From a virus, in IMG/VR virus record IMGVR_UViG_3300022885_000003, positions 50,739-114,738 of that record: 64,000 nt of DNA; one strand, written 5' to 3'. Positions within the stretch are counted from its first letter, which is position 1. Each line of letters starts with the position of its first letter. This document shows, one piece after another, positions 55,942 through 64,000 of this stretch. The notes beneath the pieces are model-generated. The model was not told where the DNA came from, did not search any database, and worked only from the letters and a program-made list of their open reading frames with translations. Made by a program: the position numbers and the translations under genes.

Positions 55942-56760
55942 TTACTTAAATTTGTAAAATGCCTGTTTGCGTAGATCGTCTTTTAGTTTTTGTAATGGGA
56001 ATGCGGGGCCTGGATCAATCTTTCTACCTGGTGCGATATCTTCGTGACCCAAAATATCTACACAACTGTATTCTTCAGCAAGTAGAAGAGCTATGGAACA
56101 AGCCGTACCAATTTGAACGTCGGTGAATTTTTCCCAACCAGTACCATCTTCATGAATAAATACATTCGCATCTTGTACAAGTTTACCATATGGATTAACC
56201 CATCTTCCCTTATCATTCTTTGTTAGCTTCCCAGCATTGGCCATCTCAATACCGATTGAATATCGGTTTAGTGAATTATAGGTCTTACCAGTATTTTTAG
56301 CTTCCCAACTACTTTTTCCGGCGTGCCAAAGTACAGATCGTAATCCATCGATATGTTGGTTTACTTCACCATTTCTCCCAATAGTTAGATGCCATGATAC
56401 CTTAGAATTGGGGTCCCCTGCCCAAGTAGTTGATGATTTATAAGTGCCGTGACTTCCCGTGTAATGCATAATCACAAAGTCGCAAATATTCCGTGACACG
56501 TTTTTATGAGGGGAATCGAAGGTTGTAACCTTGCGTCCATTCTTACAAAGAAAATCATCCCTAATCATAAACACTGGTTTGGCTACTTCAATAGTCTCTT
56601 CAGTTCGAACAGGTGCCTCTTGAATTTTTTCTACAAGCTGTTTATCTTGTTCAATTACTACTTTATTCTGATCGTTCGATGTCGACGATGCAGCCTGCTC
56701 CGTCGCTTGTGTTGGTGAGGAGCTCTTGAACAAGCTCAATAATATTTCCAGCCATTTCAT
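55942..56760 (-). CDS. N-acetylmuramoyl-L-alanine amidase (Amidase_2), probable endolysin
   Basis: IMHYT, SWH, WHAGKS, N..SIGIE, GHEDIAPGRKIDPG. Confidence 0.9.
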   Translation of the reverse strand: MKWLEILLSLFKSSSPTQATEQAASSTSNDQNKVVIEQDKQLVEKIQEAPVRTEETIEVAKPVFMIRDDFLCKNGRKVTTFDSPHKNVSRNICDFVIMHYTGSHGTYKSSTTWAGDPNSKVSWHLTIGRNGEVNQHIDGLRSVLWHAGKSSWEAKNTGKTYNSLNRYSIGIEMANAGKLTKNDKGRWVNPYGKLVQDANVFIHEDGTGWEKFTDVQIGTACSIALLLAEEYSCVDILGHEDIAPGRKIDPGPAFPLQKLKDDLRKQAFYKFK

Positions 56761-56848
56761 CTGATAGTACCTCTAGTTCATCGTTAGCAGAAGACGCAAC
56801 CGCCTTGCTTACTTTTAATATGATAAATTGCTCTGCGAGTTTCGCCAT
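56663..56848 (-). CDS. Small hypothetical protein overlapping the amidase 5' end
   Basis: AGGAG SD; protein-like composition. Confidence 0.6.
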   Translation of the reverse strand: MAKLAEQFIILKVSKAVASSANDELEVLSDEMAGNIIELVQELLTNTSDGAGCIVDIERSE

Positions 56849-56990
56849 TTGTCTGTTTCTCCTATAACCGCAAAGTTATATATTTTTAATTAAATACTAT
56901 GTTTATTTAGCAATGAGTTATTTTTGATATTTGCAAAAGACCACATGAAAAAAACTAAATAAAGTATAATACCACGTTTAGGAGTAAGAT

Positions 56991-59900
56991 ATGGCAATCT
57001 TTGCGCGTCGAGTTGGTTCTTTAGACCTAGCAGGCATTTTAAAATCAGTTCATTGCGATTCACCACCAGTTGATGGTGACTTATTGGTATGGGATGATGA
57101 TGTTGCTGCATTCGTCGTTAAAACTCCTAACACATCACCCTCTGGCGTTACCGATACAGCCACGTTTGGTGGAGCGAATGCTCACACAGTTGATGCGGGA
57201 ATTGCATTTAATGTACATAACTTCAAAGAGATTGTTCCAGGGGCAGGGATTGAACTTGTTAGTACACCGACATCATTAACCATTTCAAGTAATTTGGCTG
57301 CTGATACCTTGTCAGTTTCAGGCGACTATGTTATTACAATTGACAATGATGCAGATGATTCAAATGCTAAATTTGAAATTAGAACAGTAATTGCCTCAGG
57401 TGCATCACCTCTTGTTGCAACTAGTACCACACCAGTTAATCAAATTATTTTTAATAATGCATTTACTGGTCAAGTGGGTGGTTTTGGTTTTATAGAAACA
57501 ACCACTCAGGATTTTGATGCATTGGGATATGAACCCGGAATGTTTGTTACTTTGGCACAAGCAGGCCCGCAGGTTGGCAACTTTGTTATTGGATCAATAA
57601 CTAATGTCGCTGGCGTAAGTCGTATAATTTTTACTGTTCCTTATACTGGATCAGCAGCAATTGGTCTCGGTGGACCATATAATAATATAACTCTTTCATC
57701 AGCGCCTTTGAAAACCAATTCATCAACTGAATTGGAATCATATGATACTGATTTTGACGCTGCTGGATTTGCTTCTGGTCAAGTTATGCGTATTGTAGAC
57801 TCAGACGTGCTTGATGGTATATACGAGATTGCTTCTGTTGCTGGAAATATCATAGAAGTGAGCCCCGGGACACCATTTCCGATTATTGGTTATGTGAGGG
57901 TTGATAGCCCAGCATTGCAAATTACCACAACAGTCGAAGAATATGAAACAGGGACTGGTTTTGTCGTTCACAAAGACGGCGTCGTTGAAGCTACACAAGT
58001 TACTCTGGCGCAAGAACCAACGATAGATAGCGATGCAGCAACTAAAAAATATGTCGATGATACGCTTACCTTTGCTACCGTGGCAACAACAGGTGATTAT
58101 AATGATCTAATTAACCTACCAACTGTTGCCACAACTTTCCTTGGCTTAACTGATACCCCCAGTGCTTACACTGGTTTTGAGAATCGTGTTGTTAAGGTTA
58201 ACCCAGCTGGTACAGGGCTAATTTTCAGTACAGACTTCGTAAGTAGCGCAGTTAACTTGGGAACAGGAACTGGCGTTTTTGCTTCGCAAGCAGGATCAAC
58301 TCTACAGTTTAAGAGCTTGGTTGCTGGTGCTGGAACAAACATTACATCGTCTTCCACAGAAATTGTTATCACTGCAACTGGAGTTGGCGCACTAAGTTTA
58401 GATGACCTTAGTGATGTTGATCTAAGTGTCAGCCCAACAATTGGTCAAATTTTGGAGTTTGATGGTACTAATTGGGTTGCTGCTAATAACACAGGCGCAG
58501 GTGGCGGGTTTGACTCAGTTCTAGATCATACAGATACACCCAATTCATACGTTGGTAATTCACTTGATGTTCTACAGGTTAATGCTGCCGAAGATGGTGT
58601 TACTTTTACTCCTCTTGCTACCGTAGCCTTTACTGGCGAATATGCCGATTTGCTGAATAAGCCTGGTATAAGCACCGTTGCTATAACAAATGATTATAAT
58701 GATCTAGACAATTTACCAACACTAGCAACGGTTGCCACAACTGGTGATTTTAATGATCTTCTAAACATCCCAGTTCATGTTGAAACAGTGTCTTCAGGCG
58801 ATGCAACCATTGTTGTTGATAACACAGATCCACAAAATCCAATTATAACAGTTGGGACAGTCCCAGCTAGTCAAGTTAGTGGGTTGGCAGCGGTAGCCAC
58901 AAGCGGCGATTACAATGACCTAAGTAATCTACCAGTAATTCCATCATTGTCAACAATTGATAACATTGGTGATGTTGATACGAGCTCGGTTGTACCAGTT
59001 AATGGTGACATTTTAGTATTCAATAACATCTCAGGTAATTGGGAACCAGAAGCCCCAGGGACAGTTAGCGGTGGTAATGATTCATTCGGCGTTGTTATTG
59101 CTGATTCGGGCACGTCGACCTCTACATCACCCGGTGATACTTTAATATTGGTTGGTGGTACTGATATCAACACAATTGCAGTTGGTAACACCATAACTAT
59201 TGATTTTGATGGAACAATTCCTGCTGATATTGAAGACTTAGACAATGTTGATGTTACTGGTGCAGTCAATGGTTCTGTTCTTGTATTCAACAATGGAACA
59301 AGCACTTGGGAAATTGGAACCAACGGATCACAAGATGTTTTCACAACGTTCACTGGTGATTCAGGATCGACTACAGCCAACATTTCAGCTGATACATTAA
59401 CAATTGCAGGCGGAACTGATATTACGACTTCTGTTGTTGGTGATACACTGACAATTGATTTCAGTGGTACTCTACCAACAGAATTAAGTGATTTGAGTGA
59501 CATTGATACAACAGGTGCTTTCCTAGGCGCTACATTGGTATTCAATAATATATCAGGTAAATGGGAAGTTGGTCCAGTAGATAGTGATTCACAGAATTTA
59601 TTTGAGACAGTTGCCGCAGATTCAGGAACAACAACCGCCAATACCCCAACAGACACATTGAATATTGTCGGTGGAACTAACATAACAACAACACTCGTTG
59701 GTGACACACTTACAATTGATGCTGATATTTCAACAACGGTCGAACTTACAGAGATTACTTCAACTGGAGATTTGACTATTAATCCTGGTGGGGATACAAT
59801 TATTGGTGGTGTTACTTATGCCAGCAAAGTAACTATTGTAATCGCTGATAATACGACAGGGGGTGCGGTTACAACTTTCCCAGCATTAAATCATGAAGCA

Positions 59901-60134
59901 TATTATTTGGATTATATCTTGAACCGCCCAGGGGATGGATTTAGAACAGGATCATTATTTGTTACCACCAATATTGCAACCGTTCAGCTATCCGATGTCG
60001 GAGTTGATGATGGTGATATTCTAGTAACATTTAATGCGGTAATTAATGCAGGAAACGTTGAAATTACTTATGATTCTGCATCAACTGGTAATAGTGGAAC
60101 AATGAGCTTTGCTGCGCGTTGGTTTGCATTATAA
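56991..60134 (+). CDS. Virion structural/fibre protein with VAT(T/S)GDYNDL and L.DL.DVD repeats
   Basis: Repeated modules; TAAATA 56956 and AGGAG upstream. Confidence 0.82.
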   Translation: MAIFARRVGSLDLAGILKSVHCDSPPVDGDLLVWDDDVAAFVVKTPNTSPSGVTDTATFGGANAHTVDAGIAFNVHNFKEIVPGAGIELVSTPTSLTISSNLAADTLSVSGDYVITIDNDADDSNAKFEIRTVIASGASPLVATSTTPVNQIIFNNAFTGQVGGFGFIETTTQDFDALGYEPGMFVTLAQAGPQVGNFVIGSITNVAGVSRIIFTVPYTGSAAIGLGGPYNNITLSSAPLKTNSSTELESYDTDFDAAGFASGQVMRIVDSDVLDGIYEIASVAGNIIEVSPGTPFPIIGYVRVDSPALQITTTVEEYETGTGFVVHKDGVVEATQVTLAQEPTIDSDAATKKYVDDTLTFATVATTGDYNDLINLPTVATTFLGLTDTPSAYTGFENRVVKVNPAGTGLIFSTDFVSSAVNLGTGTGVFASQAGSTLQFKSLVAGAGTNITSSSTEIVITATGVGALSLDDLSDVDLSVSPTIGQILEFDGTNWVAANNTGAGGGFDSVLDHTDTPNSYVGNSLDVLQVNAAEDGVTFTPLATVAFTGEYADLLNKPGISTVAITNDYNDLDNLPTLATVATTGDFNDLLNIPVHVETVSSGDATIVVDNTDPQNPIITVGTVPASQVSGLAAVATSGDYNDLSNLPVIPSLSTIDNIGDVDTSSVVPVNGDILVFNNISGNWEPEAPGTVSGGNDSFGVVIADSGTSTSTSPGDTLILVGGTDINTIAVGNTITIDFDGTIPADIEDLDNVDVTGAVNGSVLVFNNGTSTWEIGTNGSQDVFTTFTGDSGSTTANISADTLTIAGGTDITTSVVGDTLTIDFSGTLPTELSDLSDIDTTGAFLGATLVFNNISGKWEVGPVDSDSQNLFETVAADSGTTTANTPTDTLNIVGGTNITTTLVGDTLTIDADISTTVELTEITSTGDLTINPGGDTIIGGVTYASKVTIVIADNTTGGAVTTFPALNHEAYYLDYILNRPGDGFRTGSLFVTTNIATVQLSDVGVDDGDILVTFNAVINAGNVEITYDSASTGNSGTMSFAARWFAL

Positions 60135-60166
60135 AATAATTAACTGCCGACGGGGAGAATGAACTG

Positions 60167-61849
60167 ATGGCTAACGAATTTAGAATTAAAAAAGGGCTAA
60201 TTGTTGAACGCCTAATCTATCCAAACATAGACGGAACCGCTGGACAGGTTGTTAAAACTGATGGCAGCAATACGCTAACGTTTGGTGATGTAGCGGCTTC
60301 AGAAGTTACTGGGTTGGCAAATGTTGCCACTTCAGGTGATTATGCTGATCTTATAAATCTACCAACACTTGTAGAAAACTTCACTGATTTAGCTGATGTC
60401 AATCTTGTGGCGCCGGCGACCGGAGCAATTGTAAAGTTTAACGGTTCACAATGGGTAGTTGGTCCAGATTTGGGTCTAGTCGAACAGATCGACAGTGCTA
60501 ACACTCTGTTAACGGTTACGGACCCAAATGGTCCGATTACAACACTAACAGTTAATGAAGCCAATATTGATATCTCAAATACAACTGGAACAATTCCAAA
60601 GACAAGAGTAAGCGGTCTTGTAGAAGCATTTGTTGATCTTAGTGATACCCCCTCTGATTATACCGGAGATTCATTAAAATATGTAAGAGTAAATGTTGGT
60701 GAAACAGCATTGGAATTCAACCCATTAGCCGATGTTGCTGAATCGGGTGATTATAATGATCTACTTAATCTTCCAACTCTATCGATTGTTTCTGGAACAG
60801 GAGACTTTAATGATCTTCTAAATATTCCAGCAAGTGTTAATGTTGATACATTCCTAGAACTTCTCGATGTTCCCAACTCATACGTTGGTCAAGCTGGAAT
60901 GGTATTACTTGTTAACCCAGCCGAAAACGGTGTTACTTTTGATGATGTTAATAACTTCGTAAGTATTGCACTTGATGATCTGACTGATGTAGATACAAGT
61001 GGAGCAATTAATGGTTCAGTTATAAAGTTTAACTCGGGAACCAGCACTTGGGTTATTGGCACAGATGATACTGGTACTGATATACAAAACTTATTTGAAA
61101 CATTTGCCGCCGACACGGGCTCAACAACTGCAAACTCTGCTACTGATACATTAACCATTACCGGTGGTACTAATGTTACAACAACTATTGTTGGAGATAC
61201 ACTTACAATAGATGCCGCTGCTGGGTCAGTTAATGAAATCAATGACATTGGTGATGTTGATACAACTGGCGTTGTTGATGGGTCAATTTTGGTATTTGAT
61301 AATGGTACCAGTACATGGATTATTGGTACTAATTCTCCCGTCACTGGTGGTATAGATGATCTAGATGATGTTGATACAACAACAAATGCGGCCGTTAGAG
61401 GTGATATACTAACATTTGATGGAACTAATTGGATACCAGGTAGATCAAATGAATGGGTTAAAATTACTTATACTATTGCCGGGACATTCGATTCTGAAAC
61501 ACATTCAGACGGTATTAGTAATGTTTCGATCCTAACAACTGATGCGAACAATACAACAATTGATGTTACTTTTACTGATGCTAAGGGTTTCCCACCACAA
61601 AGTATTATTGAATATGGTTACATTTATAACCAAAATGAATATATTAGACAAGAATTAACAGCAACTTTGGATTACTTTATTCGTCCTGGTGGTACTTCGG
61701 GATCACCGAGTCCAGATCCATTCGGCGCGTTCGGCGATGGTATGGAAATGGGTACTTTTAAAGTTGATAGAAATGAAGCTGGGGCCGTTAATGGCGGATC
61801 CTTCCCATCGTTTATTGCAACCCATTCTTATCTAGTATTCGGATTTTAA
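60167..61849 (+). CDS. Virion structural/fibre protein sharing repeat modules with 56991-60134
   Basis: GDYNDL, DTP..Y.G, LDDL.DVD, QNLFET.AAD.G.TTAN modules. Confidence 0.82.
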   Translation: MANEFRIKKGLIVERLIYPNIDGTAGQVVKTDGSNTLTFGDVAASEVTGLANVATSGDYADLINLPTLVENFTDLADVNLVAPATGAIVKFNGSQWVVGPDLGLVEQIDSANTLLTVTDPNGPITTLTVNEANIDISNTTGTIPKTRVSGLVEAFVDLSDTPSDYTGDSLKYVRVNVGETALEFNPLADVAESGDYNDLLNLPTLSIVSGTGDFNDLLNIPASVNVDTFLELLDVPNSYVGQAGMVLLVNPAENGVTFDDVNNFVSIALDDLTDVDTSGAINGSVIKFNSGTSTWVIGTDDTGTDIQNLFETFAADTGSTTANSATDTLTITGGTNVTTTIVGDTLTIDAAAGSVNEINDIGDVDTTGVVDGSILVFDNGTSTWIIGTNSPVTGGIDDLDDVDTTTNAAVRGDILTFDGTNWIPGRSNEWVKITYTIAGTFDSETHSDGISNVSILTTDANNTTIDVTFTDAKGFPPQSIIEYGYIYNQNEYIRQELTATLDYFIRPGGTSGSPSPDPFGAFGDGMEMGTFKVDRNEAGAVNGGSFPSFIATHSYLVFGF

Positions 61850-61859
61850 GGAGTAAACA

Positions 61860-63809
61860 ATGGCTTCTATTAGACCACAAGCTGTAAACATACCAAATAA
61901 AGTTATGCAAGTTGAAGTTACTAGTATTGTAAATGACGAAGTATGGCAATTCGATGATGGGGTAGGAGATCCATATTGGTCAGGTGGCTCAACACCGTCA
62001 CCTTATCGTTGGCTTATGACAATGTCAATTACAACACAAACACATTCATCCCATGTAACACGTGAACCCTTTGAATTCAATGGTCTTGATGTTTATGTTG
62101 GTGATTGGATTACAAATACTGGTGCGGCCGTTGCCCTAGAAGTTATTGCAGTACAGTCCAAAACTGAAACATCTGCTGTTCTGTTAGTAGAGGATAGAGA
62201 TCGGTATAACACATATAAAGATCCCAACCAGAACGGTTTAGGAAGATTTACACCCGGAACGGCGGTTATTTTCCAACTTTCCGACGAAGGTATGCCCCTA
62301 ATTGATCCTTTGCCACCAACAGTATCCCAAGTTAATTTTGCGCCACAACTAAATGCTCGATTTAGAAATTTTGATAAAGAACAAAGATATCGTTTAAGTA
62401 AGACAGCACATGGTTTTGAAGAAGGTGAAGTTCTCGCAATTAACAGTGGTGTTATTACACAGGCATCTGGAGCAATTGATGAGAAAATGATTGGTACCGT
62501 TTTAGAATCTGGGCCAGGACCCAATTATTATTACTTACGACCATTTACGAAGGTTATTGAAAATTACCAACCAAATCTACCAGGTAGTATAGGTGATTAT
62601 TTGTATAATGATCCGGGAAGTCCTGGAGATTTAACAACTGATCAACATGGCAGTCCGGTACTTTTGCGCTTAACAGATGCTGGTCCATCAACGATTACTA
62701 GCATCCCAGCGCCCACACTTACACCAGGGGATTCGTTCGAAATTAACAATACACCTATATCAGTTGTATCAAATTTGGCACAATTAATAATCGATATCAA
62801 TGCATCAACAGGGACACATGGAGTAGTTGCATCTCCGTCGCCTGCTCCTGTAATTGCCGAAACCGATTTCTTAGATACTGGTTTTGGTATTGTTGGTGGT
62901 TCTCCTCCATTTGATGCAACAATCAATACTGTTTTTGTAAGCTTCACAACAACTACACATGGTGTCACTTTTGCCGATGAAGTTGACATTGCATTCGACA
63001 TTAATGCAGCAAGTATTCCTAATTTAATAGCGTCAACCAGTGGCGGTAAGGTAATTCTTACTGAAACAGCGGGTGGAGCAATTAACATCGTTAATGGAAC
63101 ACTTGATGGTTTCGCACAGCCATTTGGTGGACCAGGATCAGTTACTGGCTTACCGTTAACAACTCCAGCTTCAACAGATATCGCAATGATACTTACCCAA
63201 CCCGATGGATTAGAAATACTCTTAGAAAATGTAGTCGGAACACCAGTTGAGGATTTAGGAATATTCAGCACATGGAATGGTCAAGTTCCGGTTTGCTTAG
63301 TAGTTGATCAAGGTATTAGAAGAGGTGACATGTTTGTTGTCGCTGATATACCAGCACGTGATGCAATTAATGCACTAATTGGTGATCAGGCTTATGTTAT
63401 TAACACTGGGCAGGGTGAATTCGCAATGTATCTATTCGACGGAAGTGTTTGGATACAAACAGGTGATCAAGATTCAAGTAATGTTGATGCTACAACAGAA
63501 AGTATTACAATTACATCTGCTGATTCATTCCCAGAATTAATTCATCGCGTATCTGATGGCGCAAGGGTTGTTAATGTCAATGTTGATGTTACAGTAGCTT
63601 TTGATGGGTCTCCTGTTATTAATATCGGAGACACGACGGTTAATGATCGTTTAATGCCAGATGCGTTTATTGATTTAGGCACTATTGGATCATATTCCAA
63701 TACACCATCTCATCAATATGATACTGCTGGCGTAGAAACAGAGTTGTTCGTATTCCTTTCAAGCCCAGGCACTGTTGGTGAAGCCATAGTTACGATAACT
63801 TATGCATAA
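61860..63809 (+). CDS. Virion structural protein with C-terminal small beta-sandwich domain
   Basis: Late operon; beta-rich; AGGAG SD. Confidence 0.78.
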   Translation: MASIRPQAVNIPNKVMQVEVTSIVNDEVWQFDDGVGDPYWSGGSTPSPYRWLMTMSITTQTHSSHVTREPFEFNGLDVYVGDWITNTGAAVALEVIAVQSKTETSAVLLVEDRDRYNTYKDPNQNGLGRFTPGTAVIFQLSDEGMPLIDPLPPTVSQVNFAPQLNARFRNFDKEQRYRLSKTAHGFEEGEVLAINSGVITQASGAIDEKMIGTVLESGPGPNYYYLRPFTKVIENYQPNLPGSIGDYLYNDPGSPGDLTTDQHGSPVLLRLTDAGPSTITSIPAPTLTPGDSFEINNTPISVVSNLAQLIIDINASTGTHGVVASPSPAPVIAETDFLDTGFGIVGGSPPFDATINTVFVSFTTTTHGVTFADEVDIAFDINAASIPNLIASTSGGKVILTETAGGAINIVNGTLDGFAQPFGGPGSVTGLPLTTPASTDIAMILTQPDGLEILLENVVGTPVEDLGIFSTWNGQVPVCLVVDQGIRRGDMFVVADIPARDAINALIGDQAYVINTGQGEFAMYLFDGSVWIQTGDQDSSNVDATTESITITSADSFPELIHRVSDGARVVNVNVDVTVAFDGSPVINIGDTTVNDRLMPDAFIDLGTIGSYSNTPSHQYDTAGVETELFVFLSSPGTVGEAIVTITYA

Positions 63810-63860
63810 TTATAAAAGCACTCATTCTATTATATAAACACTAAATTTTCCAGTGGGTTG

Positions 63861-63868
63861 TATAAATA
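63861..63868 (+). promoter_or_regulatory. Late promoter TATAAATA
   Basis: Exact consensus, followed by two hairpins. Confidence 0.7.
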
Positions 63869-63956
63869 AGAGTGGAGATAATCATCTCCGTTCACGTGAC
63901 TATCCGAAAATAGGCTGGTCATAATTTCATTAAACCATATTTAGGAAAAATATAAT

Positions 63957-64000
63957 ATGGCTGCAATTAACCAATATCAATTATCTGGTGTTGGCGCAGA
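63957..64000 (+). CDS. Start of next late gene (partial)
   Basis: AGGA SD; MAAINQYQLSGVGA... Confidence 0.6.
   Translation, partial: MAAINQYQLSGVGA

Noticed and set aside
1-64000. Stop-codon reassignment (seen in some jumbo phages)
   Set aside because: Conserved genes are full-length in code 11, and TAA, TAG and TGA all end genes at plausible boundaries.
1-64000. tRNA, rRNA or CRISPR arrays
   Set aside because: No cloverleaf/T-loop context or regularly spaced repeats in the short intergenic gaps I inspected; tRNAscan was not run.

Overview
AT-rich segment of a large (jumbo-type, distantly T4-like) tailed bacteriophage genome, standard genetic code. It has long virion/fibre genes at both ends (1-12.9 kb and 57-64 kb) behind T4-late-like TAAATA promoters. 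Host-like accessory and replication genes include IscA, Fe/Mn-SOD, RNA ligase, MazG, dCMP deaminase, a DnaE fragment, GroES, a clamp loader, PhoH, IF-1, an RlmN/Cfr-like radical SAM enzyme, DnaJ, peptide deformylase, ClpA and an amidase. Two patterns stand out. (1) About 26 small genes across the window share a C-terminal 'F-x-F-x3-D-A-x-x-F-K-L-x-W' module attached to variable N-termini, a candidate modular adaptor family, possibly linked to the phage ClpA. (2) A late-promoter block at 35.5-44.3 kb encodes proteins that start with an 'M-R/K/Y-x-x-E-L-x-E' leader resembling the T4 capsid-targeting sequence. Their domains (Acb1-like 2H phosphoesterase, several ADP-ribosyltransferase-like, ParB-like, GNAT, HEXXH) are separated by hydrophobic-x-Glu linkers, suggesting virion-packaged, protease-processed effector polyproteins. 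Also seen: a frameshifted gene, a deletion scar, a candidate structured ncRNA, leaderless genes and a same-strand gene overlap. All calls come from manual motif recognition; no searches were run.
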